From assembly GCA_008632985.1 (NCBI GenBank), contig QPGO01000203.1, positions 62,001 through 126,000 of the forward strand: a stretch of DNA of 64,000 nucleotides. Reading direction: 5' to 3'. The notes under the pieces were generated by a model. It was not told where the DNA came from. It saw only the letters and a list, made by a program, of their open reading frames with translations, and did no database searches. Source of the DNA: Psammoneis japonica (Eukaryota). The translations under genes and the position numbers were made by a program. The first letter of the stretch is position 1. Each line of letters begins with the position of its first letter. This document shows, one piece after another, positions 47,457 to 59,291 of this stretch.

Positions 47457-47624
47457 CCTGCTGCGAACCAGCCAATCTCAGCGTCGTTGACAACGGCGAT
47501 GACATTGTGAACGCGAGAAACGCGAAGGAAAAAGAAAATTGACAATTTGCCTCCGAGCCCATAACCTACTCACGTCATCCCTTTGTGGGCGCGGTAGGTG
47601 AAGCGCAGACGCTTCCTCTCTACT

Positions 47625-47950
47625 TACTACAAATTGCAAAACAATTGCGCGATACACGTGCCCGAAGGTCGAATATCGTTGCCCGAAGCAACATTCCTCC
47701 TTCGCGCAGATGTCTATTCTACATAGTTAGTATATGGTATTGAAAATCTCATTGTAGTCGCATGAGTCGTTGAAGTAATTTCATCAATGACCTCTGTGGT
47801 ACTGTGCTACGTGATCTACACAAATCGGACATTCTCGAATGCTGGTATATTTTCTACGGTCTCTACGTGCGCGAAGCTCGAATTTCGTGCCCGAAGCAAC
47901 AATCACCCTTCGGGCACGTGTATCGCGCAATTGTTCAGCAATTCGTAGTA
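47625..47950. mobile_element. MITE-like element with ~45-bp terminal inverted repeats flanked by TA
   Basis: Left TA-CTACAAATTGCAAAACAATTGCGCGATACACGTGCCCGAAGG; right CCTTCGGGCACGTGTATCGCGCAATTGTTCAGCAATTCGTAG-TA. No coding capacity. Confidence 0.8.
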
Positions 47951-50385
47951 GCTAAAATCGCTCTCCATCATCTTACTCTACTCTACTCTAGCTAGAGTAG
48001 CTAGTAGTAGAGCTAGCTAGCTAGAGAGTAGTGAGAGTAGCTGGGGCCCCACTCTAGTTAGTAGAGGCTATAGAGAAAGAGCTCTCCCTGTGTGCGGCAT
48101 GTAGAGAGTAGAAGGCCACCGACAGTGGCCCTGGCAGCCCCAACTGCTCTAGCTCTGCTAGCCAGAGGCAATTGTTTCCTAAACTCGGGCTTGAGTGACT
48201 GAAGACGCGTCGCCAGAATGCCAAGGTCAGGACCTTGCCTCCTGCCTCGGTGCCCCCACTTCCAGCATGGCCAATGAGAGCGCAAGCTCAACTCCAGTGA
48301 TGAATCATCTACAATGAAACAGACGCTGCTCGTGTGCTGTAGAATCGGACACCCTGTCCAAGTGACGTATTATACATAGACTAGACAGACGAAAATTCAA
48401 GTAGCATCCCATGGTGTGCCCCCCAAAGAGAAAACTCTCCAATCCGCATTCCCCACACTATTGGGAAGAAGCAGTTGCATCTCAATGCCCTGACAGATCC
48501 TAATCGCAGACAACAAGTCGATTATTCGATGATGCATTGGGGCTTTCACGTAGACCCCGGCGTTTTTGCCATTGCGGTAGCAAGTCTTCATAATGAGTAG
48601 CTCTACTAGACGGGAGCGTACTCTATGTAGGACCCAGTGGCAGCATTCGAGTCGTGATGAGCCATGCCTACATCTTGCTGTGAACACTTTGATTTGGCGG
48701 ACAGTTTCAAGTCACCCGCGTCCAGTCACAAGCATAACGTGCAATAAGCTGAGTAGTAGATTGCCAACAAGTCGAGCCGTGGATGCCGGTGCATCAGTCG
48801 CTGCTGCAAGGATGGTCGGAACTAACGAGAACCAAGCCAACGAAGACATCTCTGGGGAGGTGTCGGGAAGTAGCTGGCGCAACCCATTCTGCAGAGAATA
48901 AGTGTTTCGGACAAGGAACACTTCTATATTGAGGCGCAAGTCTGACCAAAATTTTAATAATACCAATCTTTCATCGCAGTCCTCTCTAGTAGAGAATAAC
49001 TGGCACTAGAAGAAGATCCGAACCTTGTGGATTTAGTGGAAATGGAACTGCGTGATTGAATCGTTCTTTCGTGAAAGCAATCTTACCCCTTGCTACTCAA
49101 AATCAAGTCCTTCAACACCTCTTCAACAATATTTGAATCACTCTGTGATATCCGAAAGCCAGAAGATGTCAAGCTTTCCGGACGCTGAGCGAGTGCCTTG
49201 CGACAGATTTCGGACACCACACGAGACCAACATGGTGAACGCTCGTCTTCGCCATTACTACTGCCGAAGGACGACGCATCTTGGCAAACATCCACGGGAA
49301 TCTTGAAAATATAAACGACAACATGACTTGTAGGTTTTGACTCGGAATCATCATCCATGTGACTTATTGGTGCATGCAACCATCCCACTGCCTTCCCACC
49401 ATTGCTGGGGATTAAACGTGCTTCACCACTAGTCCAATTTACAACGCTTCGAGTGCTTTCTTCGTTTCTCGAACCAACGACACCTTCCCCTATCGATAGT
49501 ATCTTCGATCCCTTCCAAGATTTGTTTCAGAAATGTACAATAGTGCACCAAAAACGTTACATTAGCCCCGGCAGAACGGGAGTAGGTATTTGCGGCATCA
49601 CACACAGAGAACCGTGCAGGTGACATAAACTTACTTCGCTAAGCGTCCGGATAAAGACAATCCGATGACTGCTACCAAATTCAATCAAAGGCTCCGCATC
49701 GACCGGCATGGTAAGTCTCCACAAGGATACTTGCTGCTCCCTCGCCACCAACGTTCTATCTTGTGTTCGTCGGACGGGTGTTTCCATCAACTTTTGTCGT
49801 TTGTGTTTTGCAACAGCATCTCGGATAGTGGCAGGCAGTCGGACGCTACCATTACCGACAAAACATTCATCACAATCACAATCTCGATAGCTACTTCCAC
49901 CAACGGCAAACGTCATGGAACGGAGAAAAGGATCTTCTTCCACATCTTTCTCCAAAGACAAGTCGTTCGTGTCGTCTTTATTCATTCTCTCTATTTCTGG
50001 AGGCGCAGAATTATGTATGTGCAGTTTGCAAGTTGCAGCCGACAAACCGAGCCCTTTGATGCTTTATCTCGCAGTTACCGACAAGGAAGCGATACACTCT
50101 CCAGCAACAGCACCGTTGTACAGCATCAAACCGAGGACAGCAGTTAGTAGTTAGTACAAGTGCCGACCACTGCTGGTTACGCTGTGCAACCAAACCTCTT
50201 GCGTCATGGTCGGTGATGGTCGGTGGTCGGTGTTCGGTGCAGTCGCGGGAGTCGGGTCGGTCGTCAACGAGGTACGAGCTCCAAAATATCATAGCGTGCT
50301 CAATTTTCTTCCCAGTTTCAGTTGTTGCTGGCTGCGGTATGCCTTTCAATAGTTGACTGCAATAACACCCTCTTTTATATCTATC

Positions 50386-50789
50386 ATGTCGAGTGGAAAG
50401 ATTGTTGTTGAGGTTTCCAAAAAAGCCATTGCAAAGGTTCGATGGGACGTCTTTGGGGAATTACCAAATCTCAACATACGAACCGGCAACAAAATTTTAA
50501 AGCGAACGCACAAAGGTACTTATTATGCTCGGTATTATCCTGATTCGATAGACAGCGCGGCTCGAAAGGTGAGATTATTTTCGTGAGAGTATTTGATTGG
50601 TGTTGGATATTTTCTTAGTCTTGCTAACATTTTTTGTTGTGCCACTTTCTCTTTGCCATTCTGCTTCAGACCATGCCCGAATATCAATCGGAACAAGCGG
50701 AACGGAGACTAGAAAAACTTCAATTGCTTCGACGCAGAGGAAAAGGCCCGCCAAAGAAGGGTTCTGGAAAGCGCAAGCAGAAAAAGTAG
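50386..50789 (+). CDS. MRPS33: Mitochondrial ribosomal protein mS33 (Rsm27-like)
   Basis: Exon 50386-50568, intron 50569-50669, exon 50670-50789. Motifs VFGE...RTGNKILKR...YYP and LRRRGKGPPKKGSGKR. Confidence 0.85.
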
Positions 50790-50925
50790 GATATCAGAAA
50801 ATGCAAAAGAGGTATGGCAGAGTTTGCAGTAGAGATTGGAATTGCTTTTCAGAGCTTTACAAAAACAATACTTCTAGAAAAGACGATGTTACTTTCATTC
50901 GAAACTCGTCCTAAACTCGCTCTGG

Positions 50926-52638
50926 CTATATCTTGTTTGTGGCCTCAAATAATGAGGAGTCGCCTACCCTTTGATTTCCATTGTTGTTTATACTCTTTGG
51001 TCCAAAATTGCAAAACCCCGGTCCAACCGGGCTGGCTGAAATGTTCCGTGCAAGCATTTGACATCGGAATTTAGCCACACGGTCCAATACAAGGGTACTG
51101 TTGTTGTCGTCCCCCACAATATGGTCACCACTCCATAGTCGTTCAGCTGCAGCCGATGCACGTGGCCATACGCGGCTGACGAAATTACTAGCATCCACCC
51201 GTTCTCCCCACATGCTGGCATGTCCGCCAATCACCAATTGCTTTTGCCGCAATGATGCTGCCGTAAAGTTTCGAGGCAAACATTGATGAAAATCCAAGTA
51301 CCGCTTGTCTAAATGATCCAAGTACCAGCAACCCGATATCAGTACTTGGAACGAAGAACTTGTAGCTCGCTGAATCGTGTCGACATTGTAACCTTTCCAA
51401 ACGTCCACAATGGCGCCGTTACTATTGGAGAGCAGACCCAGATCGAACACCTCTTGCCACACAATTACGCTTTTCTTCTTGGAGGCAACAATCTTCAAGA
51501 ACTCTTGTTCAAAATATTCGTAGAGTTGTGTTTCGTTCGTCATGTTGTGCTGTTGCATCCAGGATTGGATGGTTGGATCATACTCCCAACAATGAAAATC
51601 AACTTCATCTCCACCCAAGTGAACAATACTATCCGGAAAGAGCTCTACAATCTCGTCATATAGCCGAGAAATAAAGCCATAAACCTTGGGTGACGTAGGA
51701 TTGAGCGGTGTTGATGGTTGTGGACAGCGTGACATGAGTTCTGGATGGGACATGGCAATGGCTTGTGTATGTCCGGGCATGTCAAACTCTGGAATGACAC
51801 GAATCCCTCGAAAGTAGGCTTCTTGAACCACTCGGCGAACGTCATTGGGTGTATAGACAAGGCTAGGACTAAAACTACCCTTGTCGGCCAGCTCTGGAAA
51901 ATTCGACGAACGAAACGGAAACGATTGGTCGTCCGTCATGTGCCAATGCAACACGTTCATCTTGTTCATAGCCATGGCGTCCAGGGTAGTGTCCAAGATG
52001 AGTTCCAAAGGCAAAAAGTGACGAGCCGCATCAATCATGAGACCACGATGTGGATATTCCGGCTTGTCCTTGATGGCAAGTGGCGTAAAGGAAATCACAA
52101 ACACGTCGTCGTGATTGCCATCATTATCACTGTTCCATCCGTACTTTACCAGCTGACCAAACGATTCAAATCCACGAAGCATTCCAAAGACAGACTTGGA
52201 CTCTAGAACTGCATTTCCAACTTGTGGTATTGTCAAAGTATATGATTCATCCATTCCTTGCTTCAATTCCACGTTATTCGTCGACACGTAAACGTCAAGT
52301 CTTTCGAGAGCTTCCAGGGTTGTTGTTGCATTATTGTCAGGAGCAATGTTGTTGGGAGGGTTTTCGTTTGCTGATGGTATGCCCATGAACCAAAATCCCA
52401 TGTATCTTTGCCGCGCCTTTTCAACAAATTCCTTTACTAAATCATTTTCTTCTGGTGCGTGAAATTGAATCGTAAAGTGGTTTCGATCCAAGGTACGCAA
52501 CAGGAAATCATTGCCAAACGTGTATTGCTCGTACCGAGCTGCAGGAAAGATTTGATGGTAGTTACAATTATCCGTCTGGGAAATTGCTCTTGTTATGAAC
52601 AGCAACACGATCCCTACAAGCATCAGGAGAGGAACCAT
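50926..52638 (-). CDS. Beta-N-acetylhexosaminidase (GH20), secreted
   Basis: Signal peptide; HRGLMIDAARHF, NVLHWHMTDDQSFP, PEFDMPGH, HLGGDEV, GGHASMWGE, VWPRASAAAERLWS. Confidence 0.97.
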   Translation of the reverse strand: MVPLLMLVGIVLLFITRAISQTDNCNYHQIFPAARYEQYTFGNDFLLRTLDRNHFTIQFHAPEENDLVKEFVEKARQRYMGFWFMGIPSANENPPNNIAPDNNATTTLEALERLDVYVSTNNVELKQGMDESYTLTIPQVGNAVLESKSVFGMLRGFESFGQLVKYGWNSDNDGNHDDVFVISFTPLAIKDKPEYPHRGLMIDAARHFLPLELILDTTLDAMAMNKMNVLHWHMTDDQSFPFRSSNFPELADKGSFSPSLVYTPNDVRRVVQEAYFRGIRVIPEFDMPGHTQAIAMSHPELMSRCPQPSTPLNPTSPKVYGFISRLYDEIVELFPDSIVHLGGDEVDFHCWEYDPTIQSWMQQHNMTNETQLYEYFEQEFLKIVASKKKSVIVWQEVFDLGLLSNSNGAIVDVWKGYNVDTIQRATSSSFQVLISGCWYLDHLDKRYLDFHQCLPRNFTAASLRQKQLVIGGHASMWGERVDASNFVSRVWPRASAAAERLWSGDHIVGDDNNSTLVLDRVAKFRCQMLARNISASPVGPGFCNFGPKSINNNGNQRVGDSSLFEATNKI

Positions 52639-53003
52639 CGTGGACTCTAGCTACTAGTGTTTGAATGGATTGTAACAACAAGCGCAGCGAATGCAAAATC
52701 TTCGGTGGCGCGCAAAAACCTTGGGGCCCATTCGGGCACTGTGAGAACAGCACACGCCGCCACTGCTACCGGTATCATCAAGCCCTAAAAAATCATAACC
52801 GAATCATCACTCTTGGGCGATGCGATGCATGTTCGGTGTGCGATGCTGCTTTCATCCTCTTGCCATCAGAGCAGCAGAGCAAGGCATACATACCGTGATC
52901 AGAGGCTGAGTGATGCGACATTACTGAACGCACCTCGAAAACGACAGGTCATCTTTCCGTCCGTCCCTGTCACGCCCACAACAGCCAGAATCCCCGGTTG
53001 GCA

Positions 53004-54254
53004 ATGAAGGCTCGTTATTGGAACCACGGAATAAGCGTCGGAATGTGGTACCATAAGCGACAATATAAAGTTGCTGCTGTTGTTGGCCTGTTTTTTCAAG
53101 TCTCCTCGGCGCTTCACGTTGGCACCACCGCCCGCAGCGGGTATCGTTTCAAGCGTGTGGTGAATGAGAACGAACGCAAGTCGTTGGATTCGTTTTATCG
53201 ACAGCACTTTAGGAATCAAAAGAGGGTGGCCCCTCCAGCTCCAAAGGCGAGAGATGAAGTATACAGTCTCATGGATAACGAATGTTCCATCGTGGCGGCC
53301 GTCCGACTCTGCCCAGCCAGATCTCAATTTGTATTTCTGCGGTCCCTCTGTGTATCAAGGAACCACCGACGTCAAGGTGCAGCACTGCTCTTGATACAAG
53401 AAGCTCTACACGACTACAACATGCGGCAAAGGGATGCATACTCTTGCTTTTGTTTTGCTGAGAACAGGCTGCGCCCTCTCTATGAAAAAGCTGGCTTTTC
53501 CATCATCATGAACAAAGATTGTGTTCCTGAATGGATGTGGAGGTCGTATGAGCTTGTGGCGAAGCGCATGAAACGCAAGCATCAGGATATGCGGCTTTTT
53601 ATCAAAGACGCAACAAAACAGCCGACTATCGCCATGCAAGTGGTTCTACTGCAGCATTCCAACGAAGTGAAACGACCAACTTCGACAGCGCGATTGTTCT
53701 TTGCGGCGGCGGAGGGGTACAACGAACGCCGCCAGGATCCACTGCTATCTGAGCATGTTACTGTTGACAAATGGATATGGTCCGGACGAAACGATACGAA
53801 AACAATTGAAAACAATTTGAAACAAATAATTGAACGACAAGGAATGTATCCCGTATTGGTTTGGACCGGTGCTGGCAACACGACCTTTCAAAACAGCGAC
53901 ACTAAGACGGCTATTGAGGCTAGTACCCCCCTCTTTATCGTTTTGGATGGTACTTGGCAAGAAGCTCGGGGGATGTTTCGAAAGTTGTATTGTCTTCAAA
54001 AACTGCCCCGCCACACAATCATGTCCCAATCGCCATCCCAGTATCGTTTACGAAAGGATTATTCTGGTTGGCGATATCGCTTTGACGGCGGTAACCATGG
54101 CGAAAACCTGTTGTGCACGGCTGAGGTCATTGCAGCACTACTCAACGACAATGGTAACAAAGTGGGCGGAACATTGGTTCTAAATCGTCTTGATAAGTTC
54201 CAAGACGCCTTCAAAACAAGAGAAGGCGCGAGGTTGGGTTCTTATGAAGACTAA
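53004..54254 (+). CDS. GNAT acetyltransferase-like domain fused to a DTW-domain (TapT/DTWD2-like) tRNA aminocarboxypropyltransferase
   Basis: GNAT motif A LRSLCVSRNHRRQGAA...LYEKAGF. DTW motifs LLQHSNE..RPTSTARL, IVLDGTWQEA..MFR, SQYRLRK and LCTAE. Confidence 0.85.
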   Translation: MKARYWNHGISVGMWYHKRQYKVAAVVGLFFQVSSALHVGTTARSGYRFKRVVNENERKSLDSFYRQHFRNQKRVAPPAPKARDEVYSLMDNECSIVAAVRLCPARSQFVFLRSLCVSRNHRRQGAALLLIQEALHDYNMRQRDAYSCFCFAENRLRPLYEKAGFSIIMNKDCVPEWMWRSYELVAKRMKRKHQDMRLFIKDATKQPTIAMQVVLLQHSNEVKRPTSTARLFFAAAEGYNERRQDPLLSEHVTVDKWIWSGRNDTKTIENNLKQIIERQGMYPVLVWTGAGNTTFQNSDTKTAIEASTPLFIVLDGTWQEARGMFRKLYCLQKLPRHTIMSQSPSQYRLRKDYSGWRYRFDGGNHGENLLCTAEVIAALLNDNGNKVGGTLVLNRLDKFQDAFKTREGARLGSYED

Positions 54255-54998
54255 GTCAGAAAATGTTGTTCCGAAAACCTTCGTTCGGAAGTGAAGTATG
54301 GTCACGCCTACAATGCTACATACCGGTATTGTAGGACGCCTTGGCGGAAAGGTACTCTCACGTTTCATACTTCTCAACGGTATGTACAGCGCAGAGTCGA
54401 ACGTTTTGCTTGCGCCTTTGCTTATGTTCACTTTGGTCCTTGCAGTTTATAATCTGTTCTTTTTTAGAGAATAACATGCATCGACGCATTTGGAGCCTAC
54501 AAGGAGCAATACTGAGACCGAAGAGGAAGGGCATTGCGCTAATGAGAAAATGGAGCATGGAGCAACTGTTGGTATTATTGCTGGGATGAGGAGCTTCGAT
54601 AAAACGGCACGCACGTATAGATAGAGTTGTAAGGGCTTGTCGGCCACGAGTCGGCTGCAACGCCATGTCTGAATCAGAGAAGAAGAAGACACGACAACAA
54701 ACTCAGCGGCCGATGCTGATGACGCTGACATGCCGACACTGCTCAACATGGTGACGGCTTCTTGCATTCCAAAAACATGCTCTGTAATAGCATTCAATAT
54801 TCAGTTACATCTCACGTTGACTAGCATAGTACTCTACAAATAAGGCTAGCAAAGTAGATGACAAGGGAACCGCCGACTATTACAAATTACTCTCCCTCGT
54901 GCTCATCGAGGGAGTATTAGTATTCCTAGTTTCAAACAAACACACATAGTCGATTGCAGCTCTACCGGTACGAGCTTGATGGACGTCGACATCGCGAC

Positions 54999-56004
54999 TT
55001 ACGCAAGACGGTCCTTGCGTTCATCGCTATCGCGAAGCCGCTGCTTTAGCTCCGCAATGCGCTTGTAGATGGAAGCACGATCCTCCAGCTCTGCGTCCTC
55101 CTCGCCGGGAGCCATCGTGCGAGCTCGCTTGGAAGTCTTGCGAGGCTTGACAGGGGTGGGAGGCACAGGCCTGCCCCAAGCTAGGAGCCCAAGGTAGGTT
55201 GCAAGACGCTTGGCGAGCTCCCAATGGGTTTCGTCTTTGCGACGCCAGGTGATGATTCCACGTGGACCGAAGCGAGCGACGAACTCAGGGTCGTCAAAAG
55301 GGAGCGACTTGAAGACATCGGTGTTCTCCCAACCCCAGTTCTTCAGAATGTAGAAAAGCCTCTCGATCGCTTCGACATGGAACTTGTCAAAAACGTCCTT
55401 CGGCGAGGCAACTTGAAGCAGAGCAGGGAAATCCGATGGATGAATCCGTTCCAGCAACGACAGCAGCTCTGCGCCGAGTGGAGCCACCCCCAAAAAGAAG
55501 ACCTGCTCGTTCCACTCGCGAAGCAAGGCCTTGTGCTTCTCCTCCCACCTTTTCTCTGCCTCCTCGCCGAGACGAAGAGCTTCCTCGTCGCCCCTCTTCG
55601 ACTCCTCCAGCCTCGTCTCCACAGACAAAGCGCGTGCCACTTCCTCTCGCGCGGCGGCCCACAATGCCTGCTTGTTTTCGAGAGCCAAGGCACATCCCGT
55701 CTTAGCCTTGCTCAAACGTTTCCCTTCGGCCTCGCTTTCCCTGCGATGCAACGTCAAAGAGCAACGACAAGAGGTGAGTGTCGAAAGCACAGTGCAAAAA
55801 TTGATCTTAATTACAGCCAAGCACAAAAACTCACGCGATCTTCTTCTCGTACTCTCGTCGCACGGTCTTGGGGTTTCTCGACGCGTTCTCCAGCACGACG
55901 TTCTTCGACCGATCCTCGTGATCAAGCTGGACATGATCGCAGATAGCGAGGAGATAACCCTGCTTCTTCTCGTCCAAAGCACGAAATGCGGCGCTCAACT
56001 TCAT
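54999..56004 (-). CDS. Unknown coiled-coil protein, two exons
   Basis: ATG at 56004 (MKLSAAFRAL...). Intron 55834-55741 (GTGAGT...GCAG) joins in frame to ESEAEGKRLSK...RKDRLA. Confidence 0.65.
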
Positions 56005-56215
56005 GGTGGATGATGATTGTACGGATATGATGTGCAATGGACTCGTCGCAAAGCGAAAATTATGAGGGCAAGGAATGAGCAGACTGAATGAGCAGTCACG
56101 GGAAATTTGCCGACATGAGCAGTCTTCTTCCGTAGAACTTGTACCCGCTTCTACGAATTCCTATCTCAACTGACATTTTTTGCAGCGACCGTTTCATTCC
56201 AGCAATTCAAATCTT

Positions 56216-56501
56216 TTGTACTGGAAGCTACGTGATTTTCACGGATTCCTACTGAAACGGCAGGTTTTTCACGGTAACGGCAGCTCGAGTGCATTGTACT
56301 GAAAGTCACGTGAATGCCACGGATTCCTCTTCCTAAAACGGCAAGTTTTCTCGATGGTAACGGCAGCTGAGGTGTGTTGTATTGGAAGCCACGTGAACGC
56401 CACGGATTCCTACGGAAACGGCTGCTTTGGAAGGTAACGGCAGCTCGAGTGCATTGTACTGGAAGCCACGTGAATGCTACGGATTCCTATTGAAACGGCA
56501 G
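56216..56501. repeat. Minisatellite of about four ~78-bp units (also at 61209-61494)
   Basis: Unit TTGTACTGGAAGCCACGTGAA..CACGGATTCCTA..GAAACGGC...GGTAACGGCAGCT. Confidence 0.9.
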
Positions 56502-58829
56502 TGTTGCTGGCAGTATGAAACCACCAGGACGCGTCTCCTTTTTTCCCTCCGACGTTTGTCGCGGACAGAATGCAAATCGGGAGTGTGTTTGATGTCATTG
56601 ATTTTTGTGCTGCAGAACTTGCACTCGTCCTTTCTCCTACCCTTTGGTTTTGACTGGAGAGCACGGCGGTGGTTGATTGCCACGGGGCTGATTGATTCAA
56701 ATACACCTGTCGTGGATTCGAGATATTCAAAAGCTGACGCCCACCAGCTTGCTTGCCAATGCGATAATATTGTCTGGGTTGCTGGTTTGCTTGGGGTGTG
56801 CTGTACGCCAAACCGTGGGAGGCGAACTAGAGTACAGTAGTAGTAAGGCATTTACAAGAGCGTGACCAGTCTAAGTCCGTATCGTGATCAATGGTATTTC
56901 TTCATCGGAACAAATGTAAGTCAAAGTGCAGGACTCAGATGTTTAAAAAAGAGCTATTCTTTGCGTTGAGGCCTTCTTTGGCATGCATGGTGTGCTGGAC
57001 GGGTTTTGGAGATACCGTTCATGTCTTCAAACTGGCTACTTGGCCACGTCTGTGCAACTACAGTAGCGCACTGTCTTGCGGTCATTTGCACTTTTCCACT
57101 ACATAAGCCCCCCGCTCTTCAAACTTCACGACGGTTGCAGTAGATCACCGGTATCCCAGCCGACTGTATCTACAAGCGGATCAAGACCGTTGCTATCAAC
57201 ACGCAATTTTCAATCGGCTCTGTGTGTGTGTGTGTTTGCTCGCGATTGTCGCGGCATGCACCTTTGATTCGCTATAGAGTCTAGCTACTAGCTCGCTACT
57301 AGATAAGGTGGTTAGTCTCATTGTGTATGTTTCCGCCGCAGATTCACAATTGTCGAGTAGATCCCAACATTACACCGTGGAGAACGTTCTTGAATAACGT
57401 CGTCTCGGGGATGGGTTCCATTGCAAAATGGTCGTTGCATCCATAATCACCATTCTCAGATGGAACAATAGATGAATCCCTTTTTTAAAATGGTAGATAC
57501 TTCGTTGGACTTTAGAAAAACTGGGTCTTGACGTCTTCAATGGATACTTTGTCCGGTACGTCTTCCTTCGATGCCTGCTTTGGTTCAGACAACGACCCGC
57601 TAGAGACAAAAAGGGATACCGTAGTGCCAAATAGCAAGATTCGCTCGAACTCTTTCGACCTTCCATGCAGGTCACATGTGCTCAACTCTCTCCAAGCTGA
57701 GCCGTTTATGCATGGAGGTGGCTTTCTTGCGTGAATCATTGCCTGCGTTTTGAGATGGTTCCAAAGGCGAGGCGGTGCCGAGAGGCAGATATGGCGGAGC
57801 CTTACTTGTCGCTGAGTTGCGTCACCTTTGCCTCTGTTCTCTGCTCCCCTTCACGGTAAACTTCATAAGCCTGGTCCAAGTAAGACGTTGCCTAGTCCCT
57901 GTCTCCCTGGCGCAGAGAGAATGCAACAGCCAGTTCGAAAGCAAGGGCTGTACCCTGAAGGAAACCAGACCTCTGAGCGGTGAGCGGTGCGTGTTGAGTT
58001 TTCATAGCCCTAAATACTTGCTTGCTTTATTTGCGGGGCTCTCCTCTGCACCACTCACCACGCCTTGAACCTTCATGCTTCACTTTCACGGTTCGAGGGA
58101 CACTTCTGTTAGGGTAATGGTCATTGTCATGTCACGTTTTGTGTCTGTTGACACTATTCCCATGGATCCCCATGGTTTCCCATGTGTACATTCTACGTCG
58201 AAATTGGTACATTGGTCATTGTGCAAAAAGTCATTGTTCAATACTGCAGCTTGCCTGTACAATGGATAGAAAATAGTCAATCAAATTTTCAAAAATGGTC
58301 ATTCTCAGGTCATCTCACCTGCCCTCATCATTTTTTGGACATTTTGTCCATGGGATTCCATGGGACGGCGTGGGAAGAGGTGAGAGAAATACTCCCCAGC
58401 GATCCACGAATGAATTTTATGTACTGACTGCTTGCAGTATTCCCGAAAGCTGGGGAGAGAATCTCCCATGAAGCGGATCATCGCAAAAATCCCGATTCAA
58501 AGATTTTATCAAGGTTACATACACAGTAATATATAATACCGGTCTCAGGCGTTGTTTGCGTGTTGCCGGTTGCCGCTGATGATGGCGATGGGCGATGCCG
58601 ATGGCAAGATAAAAAACACAAAACAAACAACAAGCAGCAAGTGGCAAGTTATACAGCAGTACGTAGTCATCGTGCGACTGAATATACAGCGTCTTGAACA
58701 AGTCAACTCGGAAGCAAGTAAGCTTTGTGGAAGAGTGAACAGACCAGGAATTTGTGTCTGTGCAGCGCGGAAGCACAGAGGACGGGATAGCTCATCAATA
58801 ATGTTGCCTCGCCGTCGGAATCATCAACT

Positions 58830-59155
58830 ATGTCTTGTCCCAATTGTGGCTCCAGAGACGTTGAGCAGCATGGTGCGTCCAAAGCATCTATTGCACATGA
58901 TGCGGCGTTGTCGTTGAGGAAATCCCGCGATTATTTCGTCGGTGGATTTCGTAGAGGGAGCGGGAGGTTCGTTTACTTTCGTGACGCAGTTTGTGTCTGC
59001 AACCAGTTCAAAGGTTTGAACTGAAGGCAGCAGCGGTTGATTTGGCCTTGACTCAAGATAAGCGACGCTAGCAAATGATCGTAGACGAATTCAGGAAGTG
59101 GCTAGCAGACTTCGAGTGGGGTCACACTATGTGGATGCTGCTCACATACTCTCCA
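58830..59155 (+). pseudogene. BRF1: TFIIIB subunit BRF1 N-terminal fragment, frameshifted
   Basis: MSCPNCGS..VEQH.AS.ASI / CGVVVEE / AIISSVDFVEGAGG....QFVSAT / RIQEVASRLRVGSHYVDAAH, read across frames. Confidence 0.8.
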
Positions 59156-59291
59156 GGACATATGGTAGAAACGCTGTGTGGTCGTGGCGCCTGATTTTCT
59201 TTGATCATATTTTTGGGCTATGCGGAAAAGGTCACAATGAGAGTTGGAGATGTCAGTGTGGTGTTGGTGGCCTTCGTTGTTGTGGGCTTGG

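Larger units (their letters stand above)
54048..56747. repeat. Segmental duplication, copy A (copy B at 59292-61740)
   Basis: Near-identical from AAGGATTATT.TGGTTGGCGATATCGC to AAAGCTGACGCCCACCAG. Confidence 0.97.

Noticed and set aside
48300..50350. Chain of short minus-strand ORFs as a gene
   Set aside because: Possibly a decayed or spliced gene, but I could not build a supported model or assign a family.
56216..56501. CRISPR array
   Set aside because: The whole units are homologous with no unique spacers, there are no cas genes, and the context is eukaryotic.
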